From Escherichia coli (GTDB lineage: Bacteria; Pseudomonadota; Gammaproteobacteria; Enterobacterales; Enterobacteriaceae), in the NCBI RefSeq assembly GCF_003334305.1, contig NZ_QOWS01000016.1: DNA of 64,000 nt. One strand, given 5' to 3'. A model generated the notes under the pieces. The model was not told the DNA's origin, ran no database searches, and saw nothing but the letters and a program-made list of their open reading frames with translations. The translations under genes were made by a program, and so were the position numbers. Below are positions 34,400 to 44,666 of this stretch, piece by piece. Every line of letters starts with the position of its first letter. Within the stretch, counting starts at the first letter, position 1.

Positions 34400-35302
34400 G
34401 TGAAAATTGCCATATTGTCCCGGGATGGAACGCTCTATTCGTGTAAGCGGCTGCGTGAAGCCGCTATACAGCGCGGTCACCTGGTTGAAATTCTTGATCC
34501 GCTTTCTTGCTACATGAACATAAATCCTGCGGCGTCTTCTATTCACTACAAAGGCCGCAAGTTACCCCATTTTGACGCAGTGATCCCGCGTATTGGCACC
34601 GCCATTACCTTTTATGGGACGGCGGCACTGCGCCAGTTCGAGATGCTGGGGAGCTATCCGCTCAATGAGTCGGTCGCCATTGCCCGGGCGCGTGACAAAT
34701 TGCGTTCCATGCAACTGCTGGCGCGTCAGGGCATCGACCTGCCTGTCACGGGCATTGCGCATTCGCCGGATGATACCAGCGATTTAATCGACATGGTCGG
34801 TGGTGCGCCGCTGGTGGTCAAGCTGGTTGAAGGCACGCAGGGAATTGGCGTCGTGTTGGCGGAGACGCGTCAGGCGGCGGAAAGCGTGATTGACGCTTTC
34901 CGCGGTCTGAACGCGCATATTCTGGTGCAGGAATATATCAAAGAGGCGCAAGGGTGCGATATCCGCTGTCTGGTTGTTGGTGATGAAGTGGTCGCTGCGA
35001 TTGAACGGCGAGCGAAAGAGGGCGATTTTCGTTCCAATTTGCATCGTGGCGGCGCGGCAAGCGTCGCCAGTATCACACCACAGGAGCGTGAAATCGCGAT
35101 AAAAGCCGCGCGAACGATGGCGCTGGACGTTGCTGGTGTGGATATTCTGCGTGCTAATCGCGGGCCGTTGGTGATGGAAGTGAATGCGTCGCCAGGGCTG
35201 GAAGGAATAGAAAAAACAACCGGTATCGACATCGCGGGTAAAATGATCCGCTGGATCGAACGCCACGCTACGACGGAATATTGCCTGAAAACGGGTGGTT
35301 AG
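34400..35302 (+). CDS. rimK: Ribosomal protein S6 glutamate ligase (ATP-grasp)
   Basis: 300 aa; ATP-grasp fold; matches RimK. Confidence 0.9.
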   Translation: MKIAILSRDGTLYSCKRLREAAIQRGHLVEILDPLSCYMNINPAASSIHYKGRKLPHFDAVIPRIGTAITFYGTAALRQFEMLGSYPLNESVAIARARDKLRSMQLLARQGIDLPVTGIAHSPDDTSDLIDMVGGAPLVVKLVEGTQGIGVVLAETRQAAESVIDAFRGLNAHILVQEYIKEAQGCDIRCLVVGDEVVAAIERRAKEGDFRSNLHRGGAASVASITPQEREIAIKAARTMALDVAGVDILRANRGPLVMEVNASPGLEGIEKTTGIDIAGKMIRWIERHATTEYCLKTGG

Positions 35303-35389
35303 TCGCAATCACATTACTGATCATGGTTTTGCCTGCGCTTTTTGCGTAAGCTGTGCCGGTCTTTTTATCGGAAGAGGTTGTACAAAATT

Positions 35390-35866
35390 ATGACATCGCT
35401 GGTCGTTCCTGGTCTGGATACGTTGCGTCAATGGCTCGATGACCTGGGGATGAGTTTTTTTGAATGTGATAACTGTCAGGCTCTGCATCTGCCCCATATG
35501 CAGAATTTCGACGGTGTCTTTGATGCCAAAATCGATCTGATCGATAACACGATCCTGTTTTCTGCCATGGCGGAAGTCCGACCTTCAGCCGTATTGCCGC
35601 TGGCGGCGGATTTATCTGCCATCAATGCTAGTTCGCTGACCGTGAAAGCATTTCTTGATATGCAGGATGATAATCTGCCAAAGCTGGTGGTTTGCCAGTC
35701 TTTATCCGTTATGCAGGGCGTAACCTATGAGCAGTTTGCATGGTTCGTGCGTCAGAGCGAAGAGCAGATTTCGATGGTCATTCTTGAAGCTAATGCCCAT
35801 CAACTGCTGTTACCGACTGACGATGAAGGGCAAAACAACGTTACCGAAAACTATTTCCTCCACTGA
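35390..35866 (+). CDS. ybjN: YbjN, putative sensory-transduction regulator-like protein
   Basis: ATG 35390 gives 158 aa starting MTSLVVPGLDTLRQW. Confidence 0.8.
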   Translation: MTSLVVPGLDTLRQWLDDLGMSFFECDNCQALHLPHMQNFDGVFDAKIDLIDNTILFSAMAEVRPSAVLPLAADLSAINASSLTVKAFLDMQDDNLPKLVVCQSLSVMQGVTYEQFAWFVRQSEEQISMVILEANAHQLLLPTDDEGQNNVTENYFLH

Positions 35867-36141
35867 TAACTCCTTTCGAGCACGCAGTCGCTGGTGCAGT
35901 GGCTGCGCGCTGCAAAATTATCTGCTGTTTTTAACCTTTTCTTAAAGATTGTTTCACTTATCTTGTGTCGATTTGGCTTTATCACATAGAGCAAATACGC
36001 ATAAAAATTTGTTAAATACCGTTTTTTAATCCGAGCTATAGTCTCAAACCCTGGCTAAAGTTATTCTTGCGATGCTTTTATATAGCGAGCAGTGCTGGCC
36101 GGGAGAGAGTTCTCTTTTCTTACACCGCGCCGATAAAAAAT

Positions 36142-36157
36142 ATGCACGTTTATTGCA
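36142..36157 (+). promoter_or_regulatory. Candidate sigma-54 promoter upstream of potF
   Basis: ATGCACG-TTTA-TTGCA matches the sigma-54 -24/-12 consensus TGGCACG-N4-TTGCA with one mismatch, about 60 bp upstream of the potF ATG. Confidence 0.45.
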
Positions 36158-36216
36158 TATCTTTCAGTGTGACAACTTTTGTTCGTTTGTTAACGAACTT
36201 TCAGAAGGAAAGAGAT

Positions 36217-37329
36217 ATGACCGCCTTAAATAAAAAATGGCTATCGGGTCTGGTTGCGGGTGCTCTGATGGCCGTCTCTGTCAGCACGCTCGCGGCTGAA
36301 CAAAAAACACTCCACATTTATAACTGGTCTGATTATATCGCCCCGGACACGGTGGCCAATTTTGAAAAAGAAACCGGTATTAAAGTCGTCTACGATGTTT
36401 TCGACTCTAACGAAGTACTGGAAGGCAAATTAATGGCGGGGAGCACCGGCTTTGACCTGGTGGTGCCGTCAGCAAGCTTTCTTGAACGCCAGCTGACAGC
36501 GGGAGTTTTCCAGCCGCTGGACAAAAGCAAATTGCCGGAGTGGAAGAATCTCGACCCGGAACTGCTGAAGTTGGTCGCCAAACACGATCCCGACAATAAA
36601 TTTGCTATGCCCTATATGTGGGCGACGACCGGGATTGGCTATAACGTCGATAAAGTCAAAGCGGTGCTGGGCGAAAACGCGCCCGTCGATAGCTGGGACT
36701 TGATCCTCAAGCCTGAAAATCTGGAAAAACTGAAAAGCTGTGGCGTCTCTTTCCTGGATGCGCCTGAAGAAGTTTTTGCTACCGTGCTGAATTATCTCGG
36801 CAAAGATCCCAACAGCACTAAAGCAGATGATTACACCGGACCGGCAACCGATCTGCTGTTAAAGCTGCGCCCGAACATTCGTTATTTCCATTCATCGCAA
36901 TACATTAACGACCTGGCAAACGGCGATATTTGCGTCGCTATCGGCTGGGCAGGCGATGTCTGGCAGGCGTCAAACCGCGCGAAGGAAGCGAAGAATGGCG
37001 TGAATGTCTCTTTCTCGATTCCGAAAGAAGGGGCGATGGCGTTCTTTGATGTCTTCGCCATGCCTGCGGATGCCAAAAACAAAGACGAAGCCTATCAGTT
37101 CCTGAATTACCTGCTGCGCCCGGATGTAGTAGCGCATATTTCCGACCATGTGTTCTATGCCAACGCCAATAAAGCAGCCACGCCGCTGGTGAGTGCGGAA
37201 GTCCGTGAGAACCCGGGTATTTATCCGCCTGCGGATGTTCGTGCGAAGCTGTTCACTCTGAAAGTGCAGGACCCGAAAATCGACCGTGTGCGCACCCGCG
37301 CGTGGACCAAAGTGAAGAGCGGAAAATAA
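36217..37329 (+). CDS. potF: Putrescine ABC transporter periplasmic binding protein
   Basis: ATG 36217 after GGAAAGAG gives 370 aa with signal peptide (MTALNKKWLSGLVAGALMAVSVSTLAA). Confidence 0.9.
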   Translation: MTALNKKWLSGLVAGALMAVSVSTLAAEQKTLHIYNWSDYIAPDTVANFEKETGIKVVYDVFDSNEVLEGKLMAGSTGFDLVVPSASFLERQLTAGVFQPLDKSKLPEWKNLDPELLKLVAKHDPDNKFAMPYMWATTGIGYNVDKVKAVLGENAPVDSWDLILKPENLEKLKSCGVSFLDAPEEVFATVLNYLGKDPNSTKADDYTGPATDLLLKLRPNIRYFHSSQYINDLANGDICVAIGWAGDVWQASNRAKEAKNGVNVSFSIPKEGAMAFFDVFAMPADAKNKDEAYQFLNYLLRPDVVAHISDHVFYANANKAATPLVSAEVRENPGIYPPADVRAKLFTLKVQDPKIDRVRTRAWTKVKSGK

Positions 37330-37423
37330 TCCGCAGCCTTAGATGCCGGGCGGGCGCACCACACCCGCCGGCAATTCGCACCATCATGGTGCGCTTGCAC
37401 ACATTCAATGCCGGAGAGCTGCC

Positions 37424-38557
37424 GTGAATGACGCTATCCCTCGCCCCCAGGCGAAAACCCGTAAGGCGCTGACGCCGCTATTAGAAATCCGCAACCTGAC
37501 CAAATCCTACGATGGCCAACATGCGGTGGATGATGTCAGCCTGACCATCTACAAAGGTGAAATCTTCGCGCTACTGGGCGCATCCGGCTGTGGCAAGTCC
37601 ACGCTGCTGCGTATGCTGGCAGGTTTTGAACAACCTTCTGCCGGACAGATAATGCTTGATGGCGTCGATTTGTCACAGGTTCCGCCTTACCTGCGCCCCA
37701 TCAATATGATGTTTCAGTCTTACGCGCTGTTTCCGCATATGACCGTGGAACAGAACATCGCTTTTGGCCTGAAACAGGACAAACTACCGAAAGCGGAAAT
37801 TGTCAGCCGGGTCAATGAGATGCTCGGCCTGGTGCATATGCAGGAGTTCGCCAAACGCAAACCGCATCAGCTTTCCGGTGGTCAGCGACAGCGTGTGGCG
37901 CTGGCCCGAAGCCTTGCCAAGCGCCCGAAACTATTACTGCTCGACGAGCCGATGGGCGCGCTGGATAAAAAGCTGCGTGACCGGATGCAGCTTGAAGTGG
38001 TGGATATTCTGGAGCGTGTCGGCGTGACCTGTGTGATGGTCACTCACGATCAGGAAGAGGCGATGACGATGGCGGGACGTATCGCCATTATGAATCGCGG
38101 GAAATTTGTCCAGATTGGCGAGCCAGAAGAGATCTACGAACATCCAACCACCCGCTACAGTGCTGAATTTATCGGTTCGGTTAATGTCTTTGAAGGTGTA
38201 CTCAAAGAGCGTCATGAGGATGGGCTTGTGCTTTATTCGCCTGGGCTGGTGCATCCACTGAAAGTCGACGCGGATGCCTCGGTGGTCGATAACGTGCCGG
38301 TACATGTGGCGCTGCGCCCGGAAAAAATCATGCTTTGCGAAGAGCCGCCCGCCAATGGTTGTAACTTCGCGGTGGGGGAGGTGATACACATTGCCTATCT
38401 CGGCGATCTTTCGGTGTATCACGTTCGTCTGAAAAGTGGGCAGATGATTAGCGCCCAGCTACAAAACGCCCATCGTCATCGTAAAGGGTTACCGACCTGG
38501 GGCGACGAAGTGCGTTTGTGCTGGGAAGTGGACAGCTGTGTGGTGCTGACGGTTTAA
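37424..38557 (+). CDS. potG: Putrescine ABC transporter ATP-binding subunit
   Basis: GTG 37424 after GGAGAG gives 377 aa starting (M)NDAIPRPQ; Walker A GASGCGKST. Confidence 0.85.
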   Translation: MNDAIPRPQAKTRKALTPLLEIRNLTKSYDGQHAVDDVSLTIYKGEIFALLGASGCGKSTLLRMLAGFEQPSAGQIMLDGVDLSQVPPYLRPINMMFQSYALFPHMTVEQNIAFGLKQDKLPKAEIVSRVNEMLGLVHMQEFAKRKPHQLSGGQRQRVALARSLAKRPKLLLLDEPMGALDKKLRDRMQLEVVDILERVGVTCVMVTHDQEEAMTMAGRIAIMNRGKFVQIGEPEEIYEHPTTRYSAEFIGSVNVFEGVLKERHEDGLVLYSPGLVHPLKVDADASVVDNVPVHVALRPEKIMLCEEPPANGCNFAVGEVIHIAYLGDLSVYHVRLKSGQMISAQLQNAHRHRKGLPTWGDEVRLCWEVDSCVVLTV

Positions 38558-38566
38558 GGAGCAAAG

Positions 38567-39520
38567 ATGAGTACACTTGAACCTGCTGCCCAGTCGAAAC
38601 CACCGGGCGGATTTAAGCTGTGGTTGTCGCAGCTGCAAATGAAGCATGGGCGCAAACTGGTCATTGCGTTGCCGTATACCTGGTTGATCTTGCTGTTTCT
38701 GCTGCCATTTCTGATTGTCTTTAAAATAAGCCTGGCAGAGATGGCGCGCGCTATTCCACCTTATACCGAACTGATGGAGTGGGCTGACGGGCAACTTTCC
38801 ATCACTCTTAATCTCGGTAATTTTCTGCAACTGACCGACGATCCGCTCTATTTTGATGCTTATCTCCAGTCGTTACAGGTAGCGGTGATTTCGACTATTT
38901 GCTGTTTACTGATCGGCTATCCGCTGGCGTGGGCGGTGGCGCACAGTAAGCCCTCGACCCGTAATATCTTATTACTACTGGTGATCCTGCCGTCGTGGAC
39001 CTCGTTTCTGATCCGCGTTTATGCCTGGATGGGAATATTAAAAAACAACGGTGTGCTGAATAATTTTCTGCTGTGGCTGGGGGTTATCGATCAACCGCTG
39101 ACCATTCTGCATACCAATCTGGCCGTTTATATCGGCATTGTTTACGCTTACGTGCCGTTTATGGTACTGCCGATTTATACCGCGTTGATTCGTATTGATT
39201 ATTCGCTGGTGGAAGCAGCGCTGGATCTCGGTGCACGACCGCTGAAAACGTTCTTTACTGTGATCGTGCCGCTGACTAAAGGTGGGATTATTGCCGGATC
39301 GATGCTGGTGTTTATCCCGGCTGTGGGCGAGTTTGTGATCCCGGAACTGCTCGGTGGCCCGGACAGCATCATGATCGGGCGCGTGCTATGGCAAGAGTTT
39401 TTCAATAACCGCGACTGGCCGGTGGCCTCGGCGGTAGCGATCATCATGTTGCTGCTGCTAATTGTGCCGATAATGTGGTTCCACAAACACCAGCAAAAAA
39501 GCGTGGGAGAACACGGATGA
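38567..39520 (+). CDS. potH: Putrescine ABC transporter permease
   Basis: 317 aa, hydrophobic ABC permease. Confidence 0.9.
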   Translation: MSTLEPAAQSKPPGGFKLWLSQLQMKHGRKLVIALPYTWLILLFLLPFLIVFKISLAEMARAIPPYTELMEWADGQLSITLNLGNFLQLTDDPLYFDAYLQSLQVAVISTICCLLIGYPLAWAVAHSKPSTRNILLLLVILPSWTSFLIRVYAWMGILKNNGVLNNFLLWLGVIDQPLTILHTNLAVYIGIVYAYVPFMVLPIYTALIRIDYSLVEAALDLGARPLKTFFTVIVPLTKGGIIAGSMLVFIPAVGEFVIPELLGGPDSIMIGRVLWQEFFNNRDWPVASAVAIIMLLLLIVPIMWFHKHQQKSVGEHG

Positions 39521-40362
39521 ATAATTTACCGGTAGTTCGTTCGCCCTGGCGGATTGTGATTTTGCTGCTGGGCTTTACCTTTCTCTACGCGCCAATGCTG
39601 ATGCTGGTTATCTATTCGTTTAACAGCTCGAAGCTGGTGACGGTGTGGGCCGGCTGGTCAACGCGCTGGTATGGTGAGTTATTGCGCGATGACGCGATGA
39701 TGAGTGCGGTTGGTTTAAGCCTGACAATTGCTGCCTGTGCGGCAACGGCGGCGGCGATCCTCGGGACTATTGCGGCGGTGGTGCTGGTGCGCTTTGGCAG
39801 GTTTCGCGGATCAAATGGCTTTGCCTTTATGATCACCGCGCCGCTGGTGATGCCAGATGTCATCACGGGCTTGTCGCTGTTGTTATTATTCGTCGCGCTT
39901 GCTCATGCCATTGGCTGGCCTGCGGACCGCGGTATGCTCACCATCTGGCTGGCGCATGTCACTTTTTGTACGGCTTATGTGGCGGTCGTTATTTCTTCAA
40001 GATTGCGGGAACTGGATCGCTCGATAGAAGAAGCAGCGATGGATCTCGGTGCGACGCCGCTGAAAGTGTTTTTCGTCATTACGCTACCGATGATCATGCC
40101 CGCGATCATTTCTGGCTGGTTACTGGCTTTTACTTTGTCGCTTGATGATCTGGTGATCGCCAGCTTTGTTTCCGGGCCGGGAGCCACCACGTTACCGATG
40201 CTGGTCTTTTCCAGCGTGCGGATGGGGGTGAATCCGGAAATCAACGCCCTTGCAACGTTAATTCTCGGTGCGGTCGGAATTGTCGGATTTATCGCCTGGT
40301 ATCTGATGGCTCGCGCAGAAAAACAGCGGATACGCGATATCCAGCGTGCAAGACATGGCTGA
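39517..40362 (+). CDS. potI: Putrescine ABC transporter permease
   Basis: ATG 39517 overlaps the potH stop (ATGA); 281 aa starting MNNLPVVRSPW. Confidence 0.85.
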   Translation: MNNLPVVRSPWRIVILLLGFTFLYAPMLMLVIYSFNSSKLVTVWAGWSTRWYGELLRDDAMMSAVGLSLTIAACAATAAAILGTIAAVVLVRFGRFRGSNGFAFMITAPLVMPDVITGLSLLLLFVALAHAIGWPADRGMLTIWLAHVTFCTAYVAVVISSRLRELDRSIEEAAMDLGATPLKVFFVITLPMIMPAIISGWLLAFTLSLDDLVIASFVSGPGATTLPMLVFSSVRMGVNPEINALATLILGAVGIVGFIAWYLMARAEKQRIRDIQRARHG

Positions 40363-40421
40363 AGACACTAAAATTTGCCAACCTGGCTACATAATGCCGC
40401 GCATGCCGCGGCATTGTTTTC

Positions 40422-40910
40422 ATGGAAGACGAAACGTTGGGATTTTTTAAGAAAACATCTTCATCTCATGCTCGCCTGAATGTGCCTGCGCTGGTGCAGG
40501 TGGCGGCGCTCGCCATTATTATGATCCGTGGCCTCGACGTGCTGATGATTTTCAATACGCTGGGCGTGCGCGGTATTGGCGAGTTCATTCATCGCAGCGT
40601 ACAAACCTGGAGTTTAACGCTGGTCTTTTTAAGCAGTCTGGTGCTGGTTTTCATTGAGATCTGGTGTGCGTTTTCACTGGTGAAAGGGCGTCGCTGGGCG
40701 CGCTGGCTATATCTGCTGACACAAATCACCGCCGCAAGTTACTTGTGGGCGGCTTCGCTGGGGTACGGTTATCCGGAGCTGTTCAGCATTCCCGGTGAAT
40801 CAAAACGTGAAATCTTCCATAGCCTGATGCTGCAGAAGCTGCCGGATATGCTCATCCTGATGCTGCTGTTCGTTCCCTCGACCAGTCGGCGGTTCTTCCA
40901 GTTGCAATAA
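40422..40910 (+). CDS. ybjO: Inner membrane protein YbjO
   Basis: 162 aa, multiple hydrophobic segments. Confidence 0.7.
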   Translation: MEDETLGFFKKTSSSHARLNVPALVQVAALAIIMIRGLDVLMIFNTLGVRGIGEFIHRSVQTWSLTLVFLSSLVLVFIEIWCAFSLVKGRRWARWLYLLTQITAASYLWAASLGYGYPELFSIPGESKREIFHSLMLQKLPDMLILMLLFVPSTSRRFFQLQ

Positions 40911-40950
40911 TGTGTATAATCGTCGCCCCTGATGATGTGAAGGTCAATGT

Positions 40951-42078
40951 ATGCAGTGCGCACTTTACGACGCGGGTCGCTGTCGTTCCTGTCAGTGGAT
41001 AACGCAGCCGATTCCAGAGCAACTCTCCGCTAAAACCGCCGATCTTAAAAATCTGCTCGCCGATTTTCCGGTTGAGGAATGGTGCGCGCCGGTGTCAGGC
41101 CCGGAACAAGGGTTTCGTAATAAAGCCAAAATGGTGGTGAGTGGTAGCGTTGAAAAACCACTGCTCGGTATGCTGCATCGCGACGGCACACCAGAAGACC
41201 TTTGTGACTGCCCGCTTTATCCTGCCTCATTTGCGCCCGTTTTTGCGGCGCTAAAACCGTTTATCGCCCGTGCGGGGCTGACACCCTACAACGTGGCGCG
41301 TAAGCGTGGCGAACTGAAATACATTCTGCTGACTGAAAGCCAGAGCGATGGCGGCATGATGCTGCGCTTTGTACTGCGTTCTGAAACCAAACTGGCACAA
41401 CTGCGTAAGGCGCTGCCGTGGTTACAGGAACAACTACCGCAACTGAAAGTTATTACCGTCAATATTCAGCCGGTACATATGGCGATTATGGAAGGGGAGA
41501 CGGAGATCTACCTTACTGAACAACAGGCGCTGGCAGAGCGTTTTAATGACGTACCGCTGTGGATCCGTCCGCAAAGTTTCTTCCAGACTAATCCGGCGGT
41601 CGCCAGCCAGCTGTACGCTACCGCGCGCGACTGGGTACGGCAGCTGCCAGTTAAACATATGTGGGATCTGTTCTGCGGTGTGGGTGGCTTTGGTTTACAC
41701 TGCGCGACGCCTGACATGCAGTTAACCGGGATCGAAATTGCATCAGAGGCCATTGCCTGTGCAAAGCAGTCAGCCGCTGAACTGGGCTTAACGCGTTTGC
41801 AATTTCAGGCGCTGGACTCCACTCAGTTTGCCACCGCTCAGGGGGAGGTGCCGGAGCTGGTGCTGGTTAATCCGCCGCGCCGCGGCATTGGTAAACCGCT
41901 ATGTGATTATCTCTCAACAATGGCACCGCGTTTTATTATCTACTCCAGCTGTAACGCCCAAACCATGGCGAAAGATATCCGCGAACTGCCAGGTTACCGC
42001 ATCGAACGGGTACAGCTTTTTGATATGTTCCCGCACACCGCGCACTATGAAGTGCTGACGCTGCTGGTGAAGCAATAA
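40951..42078 (+). CDS. rlmC: 23S rRNA (uracil747-C5)-methyltransferase RlmC (RumB)
   Basis: 375 aa; N-terminal Cys cluster (CxxxxCxxC) and a C-terminal SAM-methyltransferase fold. Confidence 0.9.
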
Positions 42079-42080
42079 AA

Positions 42081-42098
42081 AAGCCGCAGGTGCGGCTT
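42081..42098. terminator. Short hairpin after rlmC (bidirectional with artJ)
   Basis: AAGCCGCA-gg-TGCGGCTT inverted repeat directly after the rlmC stop, with an A-run upstream on plus. Confidence 0.45.
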
Positions 42099-42128
42099 CA
42101 GATTGCTGATCAGGTGCGCTTTGTTCAT

Positions 42129-42228
42129 GCCGGATGCGGCGTGTACGCCTTATCCGGCCTACAAAATCATGCTAAATCAATACATTGCAGAGTTGATGTG
42201 GGCCGGATAAGCGCAGCGCATCAGGCAA
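42129..42228. repeat. REP/BIME element pair between rlmC and artJ
   Basis: gccggatgcggcgtgtacgccttatccggcctaca and an inverted partner ggccggataagcgcagcgcatcaggcaa match REP consensus units. Confidence 0.7.
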
Positions 42229-42252
42229 TCTTACTTTTGTCATCAGTCTCAA

Positions 42253-42984
42253 TTACTGCGGAAACCACTGGTCATTGATTTTCTGATATGTACCGTCAGC
42301 TTTAATTGCTGCCAGCGCGTTATTCAGTTTTTCCAGCAGAGCTTTGTTATCCGGACGTACAGCGATGCCCAGACCGGTGCCGAAGTATTGCGGATCGGTC
42401 ACTTTTTCAGTAGCAACGCCCAGTTGCGGATTGGTTTTCAGCCATTCGTTTACCACCGCTGTGTCACCAAATACCCCATCAATACGACCATTTTTCAGAT
42501 CGATAAAGGCATTCTGATAACTGTCATAGGAGACAGTTTTCACTTCGGGGTGCTGATCCTGAATATATTTCTGGTGCGTGGTGCCGTTTTCCATCCCAAT
42601 ACGTTTGCCTTTCAGATCGGCAAACGTTTTGTAGGTATCTTTTTTGGCAATCACGACGGCTGAGTTTTCATAGTAGGGCGTGGTAAACGATACCTGCTTG
42701 CTACGCTCGGGCGTGATATCCATACCGGAGATTACGGCGTCATATTTTCTGAATTTCAGTGACGGGATCAGGCTGTCGAACGCGTGATTAGTAAAAGTAC
42801 ATTCTGCCTGCATTTGTTTGCACAAGGCTTTTGCCAGATCGATATCAAAGCCGACAATCTCATTATTAGCACCTATAGATTCAAAGGGTGGATAGGTGGC
42901 TGAAACGCCAAAATTGATTTTCTCTGCGGCAGAAGCACCGAAAGTAAAGGAAGCAAGTAAAGCGGCAAGAACTAACTTTTTCAT
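42253..42984 (-). CDS. artJ: Arginine ABC transporter periplasmic binding protein ArtJ
   Basis: ATG 42984 gives 243 aa with signal peptide (MKKLVLAALLASFTFGASA). Confidence 0.9.
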   Translation of the reverse strand: MKKLVLAALLASFTFGASAAEKINFGVSATYPPFESIGANNEIVGFDIDLAKALCKQMQAECTFTNHAFDSLIPSLKFRKYDAVISGMDITPERSKQVSFTTPYYENSAVVIAKKDTYKTFADLKGKRIGMENGTTHQKYIQDQHPEVKTVSYDSYQNAFIDLKNGRIDGVFGDTAVVNEWLKTNPQLGVATEKVTDPQYFGTGLGIAVRPDNKALLEKLNNALAAIKADGTYQKINDQWFPQ

Positions 42985-43053
42985 GATGGAACTCCCGTCT
43001 GTCAATCTTATGATTTTTGGCCGTGTCTGCGGCATGGGATAACAATGCCATCA

Positions 43054-43092
43054 AGTGAATTTATATGCAATAAATATGATTAAATAATTTAA
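43054..43092 (-). promoter_or_regulatory. Candidate ArgR boxes upstream of artJ
   Basis: AT-rich tandem near-palindromes (aGTGAATttatATGCAat, then ATGATtaaaTAATTT) resembling the ARG-box consensus TnTGAATwwwwATTCAnw, about 70-110 bp upstream of artJ. Confidence 0.4.
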
Positions 43093-43098
43093 ATGAAA

Positions 43099-43134
43099 TA
43101 AAAAAAGACGGATACCTTAGTGAGTTGTCCGTCT
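43099..43134 (-). terminator. Rho-independent terminator downstream of the artPIQM operon
   Basis: AGACGGA-loop-TCCGTCT hairpin with an A7 run on plus, giving a U-run after the hairpin on the minus strand. Confidence 0.55.
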
Positions 43135-43157
43135 TCATTATAAGAATTTATGCACTA

Positions 43158-43248
43158 TGTAGGCCGGATAAGGCGTCCACGCCGCATCCGGCACAGGCAC
43201 CGTGCTGATGTCTGATGCGACGCTGGCGCGTCTTATCAGACCTACAAA
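43158..43248. repeat. REP elements between artJ and artM
   Basis: tgtaggccggataaggcgtccacgccgcatccggca and tgtctgatgcgacgctggcgcgtcttatcagacctacaa match REP consensus types. Confidence 0.7.
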
Positions 43249-43275
43249 CCCCCCCGGCGAATGTACGCAGCTACA

Positions 43276-43944
43276 TTAATTTCGCCGTTCGAATGCCAGT
43301 GCTTTGCGCTCGATCAGACGCATCATCAGCGTCAGCAGGCCGTTGACGACCAGGTAAATAATCCCTGCCGCACCGAACACCATTACATCGTAGGTGCGTC
43401 CGTACAACAACTGGCTGTATCCCATCACTTCCATCAGCGTAATGGTGTAAGCCAGAGAGGTACTTTTGAACACCAGCACCACTTCGTTGGAATAAGAAGA
43501 GAGCGAGCGTTTAAAGGCATACGGCAGCAGGATCGCCAGCGTATCTTTTTTGCTCATTCCCAGGGCGCTACAGGACTGCCACTGACCTTCTGGGATCGCA
43601 CGAATTGCACCGTAAAACAGCTGCGTGGTATACGCCGCACTGTTCAGCGATAACGCAATCAGCGCACATAACCACGGTTCTGACAACAAATGCCACAGTG
43701 CCGGATACTCCTGCAAAGTCGGAAACTGGCCCGGCCCGTAATAAATCAGGAAGATCTGCACCAGCAGCGGCGTACCGGTAAACAGCGTGATATAACCCCG
43801 CACCAGCCACACCAGCACCGGCGTTTTCAGCGTCAGGATGATGGTAAAAATCAATGCCAGAATCAGTGCCACAATCAGCGAGGCAACGGTTAGCGTCAGG
43901 CTGGTGTGTAGCCCTTTCATCAGTTCGGGTAAATACTCAAACAT
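43276..43944 (-). CDS. artM: Arginine ABC transporter permease
   Basis: 222 aa, hydrophobic permease. Confidence 0.9.
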   Translation of the reverse strand: MFEYLPELMKGLHTSLTLTVASLIVALILALIFTIILTLKTPVLVWLVRGYITLFTGTPLLVQIFLIYYGPGQFPTLQEYPALWHLLSEPWLCALIALSLNSAAYTTQLFYGAIRAIPEGQWQSCSALGMSKKDTLAILLPYAFKRSLSSYSNEVVLVFKSTSLAYTITLMEVMGYSQLLYGRTYDVMVFGAAGIIYLVVNGLLTLMMRLIERKALAFERRN

Positions 43945-44660
43945 TAGCTGGGCCTCCGCTCAAAACGTGTCGCGCGCAGGTCAATGCGTTTGAGAATGTA
44001 CTGACTGAGCAGGGTGATCACCAGGTAAATCGCCGCCGCCACAATGTACCAGGTAAATGGTTCCTGGGTACGAGTAGCGATGCTTTTTGTTTGCAGCATT
44101 AAATCATTCACACTAATCAAACTGACCAGCGCGGTATCTTTCAGCAGCACCAGCCACTGGTTACCGAGGCCAGGCAGCGCATGACGCCACATCTGCGGCA
44201 TCACCAGACGGAAAAAGATAGCCGATTTCGACAGCCCCAGCGCCTGACCAGACTCCCACTGACCCACCGGCACCGCTTTCAACGCGCCCCGAAGCGTTTG
44301 CGAGGCATAGGCGGCATACAGCAGTGACAGAGCGATGACACCACAAAGGAACGGGCTAACGTCGAAGTTCTCAATGTCCATCTGCACTGGGATCTGCACG
44401 AACCCAAGATTGATAGTGAAGCCATCCGAAAGCGTCAGCAGCAGCTGCGAGGAGCCAAAATAGATAAACAGCACCACCAGAATTTCTGGCAGGCCACGCA
44501 GAATGGTTACCAGCGCTGAACCTGCCCACGCGACAGGACGCCATTTTGCCGACTCCCATACCGCAAAGAACATCGCCAGCGCCAGCCCGACAATCAATGC
44601 ACAAACGGCAAGGCCGACGGTCATCCCGGCGGCGCTTGCTAAAGGAAAAAATTCATTCAT
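43944..44660 (-). CDS. artQ: Arginine ABC transporter permease
   Basis: 238 aa, hydrophobic permease; 1-nt overlap with artM. Confidence 0.9.
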
Positions 44661-44666
44661 CAGGAA

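Noticed and set aside
34784-35308. 174-aa minus-strand ORF antisense to rimK
   Set aside because: Shadow ORF inside rimK, which has a clear ATP-grasp protein on the plus strand.
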